This document shows positions 8,766 through 17,489 of a stretch of DNA of 19,075 nt, in pieces. The stretch is taken from contig JBHLRQ010000058.1 of the NCBI GenBank assembly GCA_048882385.1, positions 1-19,075 on the forward strand, in the 5' to 3' direction. How positions within the stretch are numbered: the first letter of the stretch is position 1; every line of letters begins with the position of its first letter. Under the pieces are notes generated by a model. That model was not told where the DNA came from. It was given only the letters and a program-made list of their open reading frames with translations, and did no database searches. Both the position numbers and the translations under genes were made by a program. Origin of the DNA: Candidatus Thorarchaeota archaeon (GTDB lineage: Archaea; Asgardarchaeota; Thorarchaeia; Thorarchaeales; Thorarchaeaceae).

Positions 8766-8932
8766 GCAGGCTTACCATATTAGTAGCACTGCGGTCAGAG
8801 CTGTGGGTCAATCGAATGCGTCGGTCCTCTCTGGCGCGAAAGAACCCTTGTCTTTGTCGCGGCACTGGTGGACTGTCCTACAAGAGGACAAGTACCTTTG
8901 CGCAGACAATAAATCTAAATAAACCCTTTGCC

Positions 8933-8945
8933 ATTTATATTAAAT
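8933..8945. promoter_or_regulatory. AT-rich TATA-like element in divergent tfb/argS region
   Basis: ATTTATATTAAAT reads as a TATA box on both strands (TATAAAT on minus), inside a very AT-rich block at about 8908-9000. Confidence 0.45.
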
Positions 8946-9086
8946 AAGTATTTGAACAATTTTTTGTTTTATCAGACGTAATAATATTGATTCTATCTAA
9001 TGTGGGGATGGAAAAAACAGAGAAATGGGATTCCGAGCACTTCATTTATGAATGAACATGAAGAATTCTCTAGTATTCTTGGGTGA

Positions 9087-10997
9087 ATGTGTGTGACAAA
9101 AACTTCATGGAATCCTTGGGTGACAATAGAACAGTTGGTAGTGAAAATACTAGCCAAAGCAGCTTCAGTAACGGAACAAGAGGTTTCTGAAACAATTGAG
9201 GAACCACCAGATCCAACTCTTGGTGACCTATCATCGACTCTCGGATTCGCTTTGGCAAAAAAGCTCAAGAAAAATCCAGCAGTAATCGCTTCGGAACTTC
9301 TTCCGAAGATTCGAGAGCTGACAGATAAGGAGCCTCGTATTAGTGATATTCAATCCAAGGGACCTTACATCAATATCTTTCTTGACCATGGAAATCTTGC
9401 TGAGCTGACCATAAACAGTGTTCTCAGTGCGGGAGAAGCATATGGACGCAGTGAGGAGTTCAAAGGTAAAAGTGCGTTAGTAGAATATCCAGCTGTGAAC
9501 CCCTCAAAACCTTGGCATATTGGTCATGCACGAAATGCAATTCTTGGAGATACTCTTTGCAACATTCTAGACTGGGTAGGATTTAACGCAGTAAGATTGG
9601 ACTACATAAACGATCTCGGTCTACAGATTGCTCAATTGATTTGGAAACTCAAGCATGTTGAGGAGTTTGATGGAAAGTCCAAGTATGATCATTACTTGGG
9701 TCACCTCTATGTTGAGGTTCAAGAGGAATTTGACAATAACGAGTTAGTTCAAGCTGAGGTGCGTGAGATTTCAAGGAATCTTGAAAACCTAGAGAGTGAT
9801 GATGCAAAACTCAGCGCAAAAATGGTAACCAAATGCATCAAAGCTCAGTTTGAAACATCGTATCGACTTGGGATATATCATGACTATCAGGTTTGGGAGA
9901 GCGCGATTGCTCATAGTGGGATTTTGGATTTAGCACGAAAAATGATGTTGAAGTCGGAGAACATCTTGAAGATTGAGGACGGGGAGAAGGAAGGGTGTAT
10001 AGTTGCAGATCTTTCAGTTATTGATGAGTTTAAAGATATGAAAGATCCTTACAAAATTCTGTTCAGGTCTGATGGAACAAGGACCTATACGGGGGCTGAT
10101 GTTGCGTTGCAACTTTGGAAATTCGGAATAATAGATGATCCTTTCAAGTACTCAATCTTTGAAACCCAACCAAATGGCGAAAAGGTCTTCCGGACTGATC
10201 TGCAGGGTGAGAAGAGGAATCTCGGAAAATTCGATCTTGTAATGAATGTCATTGGGTCACGTCAGGCACACCCCCAGAAGATGGTATATACAATCTTGGA
10301 TATTCTGGGATACTCAAAAGAAAGTGAGAATTCACATCACATAGCATACGAATTTGTAGGACTTGAAGGGGAAGATTTCTCTGGTAGGCATGGAACCTGG
10401 ATAGGATATTCGGTTGATGATGTTCTCGACAAAGCTACTGAACTGGCCAGGAAAGAGGTTGACAAACGAAATCCTGATGAAAGTGACGAGTTTAAGGACA
10501 AAGTTGCGAATCAGGTAGGTGTGGGGGCAGTACGTTATTTCATGCTCAATGCTTCACCGGATAGGCAGATCACATTCCGTTGGAATGAAGCTCTCGATTT
10601 CAATGGAGATGCAGCACCCTATCTTCAGTACTCACTTGCAAGAGCGCAAAGGATACTTGAGAAAATAGGAGAGGAAGTATTAGAACCGGATTTGACCTTG
10701 CTTTTAGCAGATGCTGAGTTTGAATTGATCAAGGAGATTTCACGATTCCCAGAAGCGCTTCGTGATGTGGCTAGGTCATTGAAGAAGAATGTTTGGGGAA
10801 CAAGCTTCACATCAAACAGAATCACTGCATATACATATGGATTGGCTAACTTATTCAGCAAATTCTATGATTCTTGCCCAGTACTCAAAGCAGAACCTGG
10901 TGTCAGAAACGCAAGACTCGCACTTGTTAGGGCATTCAAGAAAACCATGTCAAATTGTCTGACAGTTCTAGGAATTCCTGTTGTAGAAAGAATGTAA
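9087..10997 (+). CDS. argS: Arginine--tRNA ligase
   Basis: 'EEPPDPTLGDLS', 'GPYINI', 'VEYPAVNPSKPWHIGHARNAILGD' (HIGH), 'RSDGT..Y...D', 'FSGRHG', 'GDAAPYLQY'. The true start may be GTG at 9093, given GGTGA at 9082-9086. Confidence 0.97.
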   Translation: MCVTKTSWNPWVTIEQLVVKILAKAASVTEQEVSETIEEPPDPTLGDLSSTLGFALAKKLKKNPAVIASELLPKIRELTDKEPRISDIQSKGPYINIFLDHGNLAELTINSVLSAGEAYGRSEEFKGKSALVEYPAVNPSKPWHIGHARNAILGDTLCNILDWVGFNAVRLDYINDLGLQIAQLIWKLKHVEEFDGKSKYDHYLGHLYVEVQEEFDNNELVQAEVREISRNLENLESDDAKLSAKMVTKCIKAQFETSYRLGIYHDYQVWESAIAHSGILDLARKMMLKSENILKIEDGEKEGCIVADLSVIDEFKDMKDPYKILFRSDGTRTYTGADVALQLWKFGIIDDPFKYSIFETQPNGEKVFRTDLQGEKRNLGKFDLVMNVIGSRQAHPQKMVYTILDILGYSKESENSHHIAYEFVGLEGEDFSGRHGTWIGYSVDDVLDKATELARKEVDKRNPDESDEFKDKVANQVGVGAVRYFMLNASPDRQITFRWNEALDFNGDAAPYLQYSLARAQRILEKIGEEVLEPDLTLLLADAEFELIKEISRFPEALRDVARSLKKNVWGTSFTSNRITAYTYGLANLFSKFYDSCPVLKAEPGVRNARLALVRAFKKTMSNCLTVLGIPVVERM

Positions 10998-10998
10998 C

Positions 10999-12348
10999 TT
11001 ACCCTGAGGTCACTGTAGCAGCATCTATTACAAAGGATGGCGTTATCATCGAGAAGGTTATTTTTGTGTCTGCGCCAACTCGAATAATCCGCTTAAGTAA
11101 ATCACGCATATTGATACCGACTAATGTGTTCTTGAGTGGATGTTTAATTTCCCCATTTTCAATGTAGAATCCTTCAAGTAACATTGCACTTAGGTCACCA
11201 GTCGTCATGTTGGGACGGTCTCCTGTTCGGTTGCAGAGAACACCTCGTTCAATCTCAGATATTAGATCATCAAGTGTACCTGTTCCAGGAGCTAGGATGA
11301 AATTCGATGTGGAAATTGATGGTAGACCGGAATATGATGGACGTCTCGCGTTACCGGTATTGGGAACATCATCCTTGTTAGCTGTGTAGGAGTTGTGCAG
11401 CAGGCTCTTGAGCACACCTGAATCAATGATCGATGTTTGTTGGGAAGGATAGCCTTCATCGTCAAAAGGTCTCGAGCCAATTCCTGATTGTAAAAGACCA
11501 TCATCAGTGATGCTTACAATATCAGATGCTACCTTATCTCCAAAAGCATCCGATATATACGAACGTCCCATCTGGACCTCCTCAGCACTTACTGCACCAG
11601 CAAATCCCCTTCCTATTATCGTGCCAGCACCGATTGGGGAAAATACTACAGGCATCTCACCGCCTTCAATGATTTTGGGTCCTAAGCTATTCAAAGTAAG
11701 TCTTGCTGCGTTCTCACCAATGTATTCAGGATCAATGTCACTCAATTTCCTTGATATCTGATAATCATAACTTGTTGTTTGATCATCTCCCTCTTTCACG
11801 ATTGGGAGAGAATATAGGGTGATTGAAGTTCTCTTAGAAGACTTATCGACGCCAAGGGAATTTACTATTGCACTCACACTCGAAGATGTCTGGATACCGC
11901 CGTCTATGGCATAGTCTCTTCCTTCAAGAACTTGTTTGGATGCATCCACTACTCGAATAATATAGTCTGCAGCATCATCTGATGAGAGATCCTGGATGTG
12001 TTTATCATAGAGTCCTTTGACTTCTGGATATGCATGCTCTGATGATGGAAGACTCACAAATTCAGGATCTGGAATGGATGCCTTTGCCAAGTCGTAAGAC
12101 TTTGAAACAGCCTCTTTGACATCTTCCTCATATAGAGTGGTCACATAGGCAAAACCAATTTTCTTGTCTATAACTGTCCTAATTCCGATTCCAGCATCAT
12201 GTTGTTCTTCTGCGCCTTTAATGGCGCTGTTCTCCACATCAATGATGAACGCATTTGATTGACCAATGTAAGCCTCAGCTTGATCGGCGCCTAATTTTTC
12301 CGCCATTTTGACAGCTCGCTCAGCTATCTCAAGAAATTGTTCCTCCAT
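10999..12348 (-). CDS. pmbA: TldE/PmbA family protein (non-catalytic partner)
   Basis: 'GADQAEAY', 'GIGIR', 'SRPFDDEGYP', 'TGNARR', 'STSNF', 'TGDLS', 'GFYIENGEI..P'; no HExxH; directly downstream of tldD. Confidence 0.9.
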   Translation of the reverse strand: MEEQFLEIAERAVKMAEKLGADQAEAYIGQSNAFIIDVENSAIKGAEEQHDAGIGIRTVIDKKIGFAYVTTLYEEDVKEAVSKSYDLAKASIPDPEFVSLPSSEHAYPEVKGLYDKHIQDLSSDDAADYIIRVVDASKQVLEGRDYAIDGGIQTSSSVSAIVNSLGVDKSSKRTSITLYSLPIVKEGDDQTTSYDYQISRKLSDIDPEYIGENAARLTLNSLGPKIIEGGEMPVVFSPIGAGTIIGRGFAGAVSAEEVQMGRSYISDAFGDKVASDIVSITDDGLLQSGIGSRPFDDEGYPSQQTSIIDSGVLKSLLHNSYTANKDDVPNTGNARRPSYSGLPSISTSNFILAPGTGTLDDLISEIERGVLCNRTGDRPNMTTGDLSAMLLEGFYIENGEIKHPLKNTLVGINMRDLLKRIIRVGADTKITFSMITPSFVIDAATVTSG

Positions 12349-12349
12349 A

Positions 12350-13735
12350 TCACATTCCTCCTACAGGGACAGCGCGAATCCTTGCATGAGGACCTCCAGT
12401 CATTGTTGGAATAGCCTGGCCATCTTTACCGCAGGTTCCAGCGTCAAGCTCGAAATCTTTGCCGATAGCGTCAATCTTTGGTAGTACCTCTAGAATATTA
12501 CCGGCAAGTGAAACATCCCTTACCATCTGACCTTCCTCACCATTCTCAATCACATAGCCGTGACTTGCTTGGAACATGAACTGACCCTTGGCAGGTTGAG
12601 TATATCCATAATTGAAACTACAAAGGAGAATCCCACTCCTTGTGTCCTCCAACAACTCATCGAACTCCCAATCTCTGGGTTCCATGAATGTATTACTCAT
12701 TCGAGGAAGAGGCGGATACATGAACGACTGACTTCGTGCAGATCCGTTGAGTTCCATTTCAAGTCTACTAGAAGTTTCTAAGCTATGAAGAAGTTCATTG
12801 AGTATTCCATCTTTGACTAATACTCGCTTTTGTGATTTAGTACCCTCCCAATCATATTCGTAGGAGCCCCGTTTCCCTTCTAGAGTAGGGTCATCGATTA
12901 TGCTCAAGAAATCGGGACCCATACACTCGCCAATTTTATCTTCCAACACTGTGGAATGAGCTGGCCAATTATCAGCTTCTGCTGCATGTCCGAAAGCCTC
13001 GTGGGTCAAGACACCGTTCAATATTGGATCCATGACCACATCATAGACTCCACCTTTAGCAGCCTGTGAGGACAACAAATCAATGGCAAGCTTGGCTGCA
13101 GTAGTGCCTATATTTAGAGCCGCCTCAGTTTCCATCTCCTCAAAACCACCGCGTACACCTATCGACTTCTGCATTCGTTGCCTATTTGCTCCGTCTTTTG
13201 CAGTTGGTACAGAAATTATTCTCGGAACAGAATTTTGAATTGAAACATTAGTACCAAGGGAATTCGCTATGATGAGTTCTGTCCAGAGTTCTCCATAGAT
13301 TGAGCGTGTTGAAGCAATACGTTTGTCAAAATCTCGAGCTTGGTCATCTATCATCTTGACAAAGCTCATTTTCTCCTCAATAGATATTGAATCAAAGGGT
13401 TTCTTCACATTCAACTTGAATTTCCCTTCAAATGAAGGTCCATCTATTTGGAATTTCTCCTCCACCCGATCACGGGTAGCTAAAGCTAGTTTCGCAACAG
13501 ATTCACCTGTAGAGCGCATTCCATTTGGAGTCAAATCAGTGGTCTGAGCGAAAGCCCAGGCACCATCAATGAAAGCTCGAATTCCAGCACCTCTCATTCG
13601 CGAGGCGATTGATTGTTTGGTTACAGCATCATTAATTTCGATGATCGTCGTGGTGGTGTTTTCCATACGCACATCAACAAAACTAGCACCAACCTTAAGC
13701 GCCGACTCAATGGCAACCTGAGCAAGATCTTCCAT
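12350..13735 (-). CDS. tldD: TldD family metalloprotease
   Basis: 'HEAFGHAAEAD' metal motif, 'DDPT', 'YDWEG', 'PRMSNT', 'GTCGKDGQ', 'GGPH'. Confidence 0.93.
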   Translation of the reverse strand: MEDLAQVAIESALKVGASFVDVRMENTTTTIIEINDAVTKQSIASRMRGAGIRAFIDGAWAFAQTTDLTPNGMRSTGESVAKLALATRDRVEEKFQIDGPSFEGKFKLNVKKPFDSISIEEKMSFVKMIDDQARDFDKRIASTRSIYGELWTELIIANSLGTNVSIQNSVPRIISVPTAKDGANRQRMQKSIGVRGGFEEMETEAALNIGTTAAKLAIDLLSSQAAKGGVYDVVMDPILNGVLTHEAFGHAAEADNWPAHSTVLEDKIGECMGPDFLSIIDDPTLEGKRGSYEYDWEGTKSQKRVLVKDGILNELLHSLETSSRLEMELNGSARSQSFMYPPLPRMSNTFMEPRDWEFDELLEDTRSGILLCSFNYGYTQPAKGQFMFQASHGYVIENGEEGQMVRDVSLAGNILEVLPKIDAIGKDFELDAGTCGKDGQAIPTMTGGPHARIRAVPVGGM

Positions 13736-13904
13736 ATCTATCGCCTTTGAATTGACCTGTCACCAAGTAAATGGGATATAACTCATATGGCTTGTACATT
13801 CAGTCATCAACAGCGGTAGGTGTATCATTCCTAATGTTTCCCATATAATACACGGATTATTCACAGATAATTCCTCGATGAAAATAGATACCGGAGGTTC
13901 TCAG

Positions 13905-15482
13905 TTGACAGAAGACCCCTCGCTTGGAAAATGTAGATCTTGTCAGTCTAATATTGCCACTCACATGTGTGAAGACTGTGGAGCAGCCATTTGCTCTGAT
14001 TGTCTTGATTCAAACTCAAGTGAGTATACTGTGTGCGGTGACTGTCATCACACTTTGGGTAATCCGGAATATGGAGAAAAATTCGAAGAATGCCCAGAAT
14101 GCGAATCTGAGAACTTGACCAAAGGTCGAAGAACAACTGACATCTGTCCCAGATGTCACTCATCAAGGGTTGTACTTCTGGAAGACAGAAGGAGATCCCT
14201 CGCACTAGATATGCGACATGCAATTATGAGTATCCAGTATGGTCATACCAAACTGAGAGAATTCACGAACAAACTTGTTGTTGCTAAGAGATTGCTAGTA
14301 TCTCTCAGGATGGCTAATTTTCTCCATTATAGATGGATAGAGGAGAAAATTGAAGGAATCCATCAAGAATTGCCTGCAATAAAGAACAGGATTGCAAGCC
14401 AAGCAGAAATTATTGCAAAAAGAATGGCTGCAGAAACTAAAAACTTCATTGATTATACACTATGGAATCCTTCACAATTTCCATTCATTGAAGGAATAAC
14501 AAACAGGATTACTGAGATGGGAATTTATTACAAACAGAACGTTGAGCAGGCTCTTGAGCCACTTAGAATTACCCTGAAAGATGTTCGAAGGCAGCTAGAT
14601 GGATTGGATTACTACAAAGGGCAATTCGCAACATTCTATGAGCACAACCAACTCTCCGTCGGAGAACTCCCAGTATGTGCATTACCAGATGTCAAGGTGG
14701 CAGGTAGTGATTTTCTCAAGAATGACAAGGCTCTTGGAACTCTGTTCTTGACAAACAAAAGGTTCCTTTTCATCGCTGAAGTTGGGAGAGTACGGAAGAA
14801 AATGGAAACAGTCTTCGACTTCCCACTCATCTATTTGAAGTCGATAGAGGAAGATGGACTGTTAAGGAAGAGATTAGTACTCAAACTCAAGCAGGGTGAC
14901 CTCAAGATATCATGTTCTGACCAGACAAAGAAGGTCTTTCCAGATTATGTTGAGATTGCTAGGAAATTTGACAAATACATTCAAACAGACATGCAGAGAG
15001 TAAGGAAAATCGAACAGCAAGATGTTAGCACTAGTGATGTAAGACTCAAGATTGAAGGAATGGTATATTCTCTTCTCTCGACTAATACAAGGTCGCAATA
15101 TGTCAATGAGGACCCAATTACACGACCTGCTCCCAGATACAAATATTCTGGCTGGGATACATCTCGTGCTCGTCCCACACCTTTTGGAGATTTTTATGGA
15201 CGACCAGAAACGTTTCGTGAAGAACTTGATAGAACTGTGAAACGTTATGATCAAGGTCGCAATCAAAGGCCAATATATGACTTGAGTCCAAAGATGCATG
15301 CTCTTCGGAGAGATGCTGCTTCAATTGAGAATGCTATTCGGGACACTGTTCATATGCTACGTAGCGGACAACTAATGGCTGAAGATTTCATCAGAAGATA
15401 CAAGGATTTGATGAGAGATTCATATCACAACAGACGTGAGATGGACCAAATCTCACGTAGTGCACGTGACAGCCTTTGGTAG
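13905..15482 (+). CDS. ESCRT-associated multidomain protein: six-CxxC Zn-finger region, coiled coil, PH/GLUE-like domain, Pro/Arg-rich linker, steadiness-box-like C-terminus
   Basis: CRSC/CEDC/CSDC/CGDC/CPEC/CPRC; 'GTLFLTNKRFLFI...FPLIYLKSIEE'; 'IENAIRDTVHMLRSGQLMAEDFIRRYKDLMRDSYHNRR'. TTG at 13905 follows GGAGG (13893-13897); ATG at 13878 is the alternative start. The CDS is secure; domain labels are less so. Confidence 0.7.
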   Translation: MTEDPSLGKCRSCQSNIATHMCEDCGAAICSDCLDSNSSEYTVCGDCHHTLGNPEYGEKFEECPECESENLTKGRRTTDICPRCHSSRVVLLEDRRRSLALDMRHAIMSIQYGHTKLREFTNKLVVAKRLLVSLRMANFLHYRWIEEKIEGIHQELPAIKNRIASQAEIIAKRMAAETKNFIDYTLWNPSQFPFIEGITNRITEMGIYYKQNVEQALEPLRITLKDVRRQLDGLDYYKGQFATFYEHNQLSVGELPVCALPDVKVAGSDFLKNDKALGTLFLTNKRFLFIAEVGRVRKKMETVFDFPLIYLKSIEEDGLLRKRLVLKLKQGDLKISCSDQTKKVFPDYVEIARKFDKYIQTDMQRVRKIEQQDVSTSDVRLKIEGMVYSLLSTNTRSQYVNEDPITRPAPRYKYSGWDTSRARPTPFGDFYGRPETFREELDRTVKRYDQGRNQRPIYDLSPKMHALRRDAASIENAIRDTVHMLRSGQLMAEDFIRRYKDLMRDSYHNRREMDQISRSARDSLW

Positions 15483-15483
15483 G

Positions 15484-16086
15484 TTACATTCCAAGCTCAC
15501 GTTCGAGCGCTTTGATATCCTCTTCCAAAGAGTCAGCTTCACCAACAGGACCTGTAGCAGCAGCATCTGCGAGACCAGCTTCAGCATCTATCTCATGCAT
15601 AGCTGATGCTAAATCATCGGATGTGATTTCCATTGTTGAATCCAGGGCATCATCAGATATGCTTGCTTCTATCTCAAACTCTTCAAGTCTTCGTGCAATC
15701 TCATCAACATTTGCAACAACCTTTGTTGCATCAGAACCATCACCAAGCATCCCAAGTATCTTGGCAACTTCTTGAAGTGCCTTAGTTGTTTTTGCTGATG
15801 TTTGAGCTCGATTTAGGTGTGCAAGAATCTTGAGTATCTGTAGTCGAGATTTGTCAACAGCCAATGCGTATCTCCTAAACCGAACCATTTCAGTTGCATA
15901 AGTTCGGTAGGCATCTGTTTGGCCAGCTTTTCGAGCACGAACTGCGCGAGCCTTTGTGTCGCGTTCTTCCTTCTCTAGCTTATTCCTCTGTCGAGTCAAC
16001 TGCTTTGATAGAATCCGAAGGCGGCTGGATACTTCTCCTACGTCTGGTTTCTTCCTACCCCAAGAGAATGCTTTCCTAATACTCAA
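15484..16086 (-). CDS. ESCRT-III subunit, Vps2/24/46 (Snf7-domain) type
   Basis: Basic helical N-half 'LSKQLTRQRNKLEKEERDTKARAVRARKAGQTDAYRTYATEMVRFRR', acidic C-half, terminal MIM1-like helix 'DSLEEDIKALERELGM'. TTG at 16086 follows AGGTGA (16097-16092); the ORF track starts at 16104. Confidence 0.9.
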   Translation of the reverse strand: MSIRKAFSWGRKKPDVGEVSSRLRILSKQLTRQRNKLEKEERDTKARAVRARKAGQTDAYRTYATEMVRFRRYALAVDKSRLQILKILAHLNRAQTSAKTTKALQEVAKILGMLGDGSDATKVVANVDEIARRLEEFEIEASISDDALDSTMEITSDDLASAMHEIDAEAGLADAAATGPVGEADSLEEDIKALERELGM

Positions 16087-16262
16087 GAATTTCACCTTGT
16101 ACAAGGGGATGATAATCAGGTCATTCAGAGAGTATTACCGTTTAAACCTTCGCAGTTTGCAGCAATAGAGAGCACATTTCACTATTTAGACCATGATGTG
16201 CGTATGCGCTGGGTGTGACAGAAATTCTTAACACTTTACACGCAGTGTTCACATGAACTCGA

Positions 16263-17486
16263 ATGGCAGGATCAGGTAGCGACCGGATTGACCAAGGGTT
16301 GAAAAAACTCTTAGAAGAAGCAATTTCACTAGATCAAAGAGGTCTGAAAAAAGAAGCTTGCCAACATTATCTCAAAGCAAGCAAGATACTCATCAAGATG
16401 TCTAATTCAACTTCGTTGCCTTCAGTCAGGAAACACTACATTGACAGGGCACAGGAATGCGTTGATAGGGTTAGGTACATCTCGGGAATCAAGAAGAAGT
16501 CGAAAGGACCAGTGGATGGTCTTGTTGCTCCTCCGGCTCTTGATATCGGAACAGAACCAGCATCAATCAAAGAACCAACAACCGAAGCTGATGTAGATGA
16601 CGAGTCCAAGAAATTGCAGGAAATGATTTCGGATACAATCCTAACAGAGAGACCTACCGTCAAGATGGTTGAGGTTGCAGGACTTGCAGATGCAAAGCAA
16701 GCCATAGACGATGCAATAATCGCTCCTATGAAACACCCCGAACTATTCAAAGGAAAAGCCAGACAGCCTTGGCGTGGTATACTCTTCTATGGACCTGCAG
16801 GTTGTGGAAAGACTCTTGTTGCCAAAGCAGTTGCATCTGAGGTCAATGCTACATTCTTCAATGTTTCAGCCGCTAATATTGTAAGTAAATGGCTTGGCGA
16901 ATCAGAGAGATTGGTGTTGAACCTGTTTCAACTCGCGAGAAAGAACCAACCAGCTATCATATTCATTGATGAGTTGGATTCAATAGGTGTTTCAAGGTCG
17001 GGAGATGATGTTGGTGGAGAGAGGAGATTAAAGACTCAACTACTCACAGAACTTCAGGGACTCGCTAGTAAGGAGGATGAGAGGATTACTCTGATTGGAG
17101 CCACAAATCTACCCTGGGAGCTTGACTTTGCGTTGAGATCCAGGTTCGAGAAGAAGATACACGTTCCATTGCCAGACAAGCAGGCAAGATCAAAAATATT
17201 TGAAATTCACATGGAAGATGTCGAAGTTTCCCCAACGGTGGACTATGATGAAATGGCAGACCTTACCGAGGGGTATAGTGGACGTGATATTAGTGTGGTG
17301 TGCAGAGAAGCAGCCATGGAACCCATCCGAGACCTCCAACGTTCAGGAAGAATGGATGATTCGCAGGAGATACTAGACATCCGACCAGTGTCGAGGGATG
17401 ACCTTTTGCAGGCAATTGAGAACATTCGGCCTGCAACTCCACCGGAGGATGTCAAAAGGTACATTGATTGGGCGGAGGGTTCCTAA
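16263..17486 (+). CDS. vps4: Vps4 AAA+ ATPase (MIT + AAA)
   Basis: MIT domain 'EEAISLDQRG...ACQHYLKA...YIDRAQE'; Walker A GPAGCGKT; pore loop SKWLGESE; Walker B IIFIDE; 'GATNLPWELDFALRSRFEKKI'; 'TEGYSGRDI'; ESCRT context. Confidence 0.95.
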   Translation: MAGSGSDRIDQGLKKLLEEAISLDQRGLKKEACQHYLKASKILIKMSNSTSLPSVRKHYIDRAQECVDRVRYISGIKKKSKGPVDGLVAPPALDIGTEPASIKEPTTEADVDDESKKLQEMISDTILTERPTVKMVEVAGLADAKQAIDDAIIAPMKHPELFKGKARQPWRGILFYGPAGCGKTLVAKAVASEVNATFFNVSAANIVSKWLGESERLVLNLFQLARKNQPAIIFIDELDSIGVSRSGDDVGGERRLKTQLLTELQGLASKEDERITLIGATNLPWELDFALRSRFEKKIHVPLPDKQARSKIFEIHMEDVEVSPTVDYDEMADLTEGYSGRDISVVCREAAMEPIRDLQRSGRMDDSQEILDIRPVSRDDLLQAIENIRPATPPEDVKRYIDWAEGS

Positions 17487-17489
17487 GTT

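Noticed and set aside
8766-8910. tRNA, 5S rRNA, SRP RNA or box C/D RNA in the tfb leader
   Set aside because: No cloverleaf/TTC arm, no 5S or SRP conserved motifs, no clear RTGATGA C box.
8627-8947. Short ORFs around the tfb 5' region (8627-8947 +, 8710-8922 +, 8677-8865 -)
   Set aside because: They overlap tfb and lack family motifs. The 62-aa minus-strand ORF could be a uORF but has no independent support.
10999-13735. TldD/PmbA as part of the ESCRT system or of a RiPP cluster
   Set aside because: Widespread housekeeping pair transcribed away from the ESCRT genes; no precursor peptide or modifying enzymes in the window.
16263-17486. Crenarchaeal CdvABC division operon, or Cdc48/PAN
   Set aside because: No CdvA-like gene; a single AAA domain with MIT; the flanking ESCRT-II genes point to an Asgard-type Vps4.
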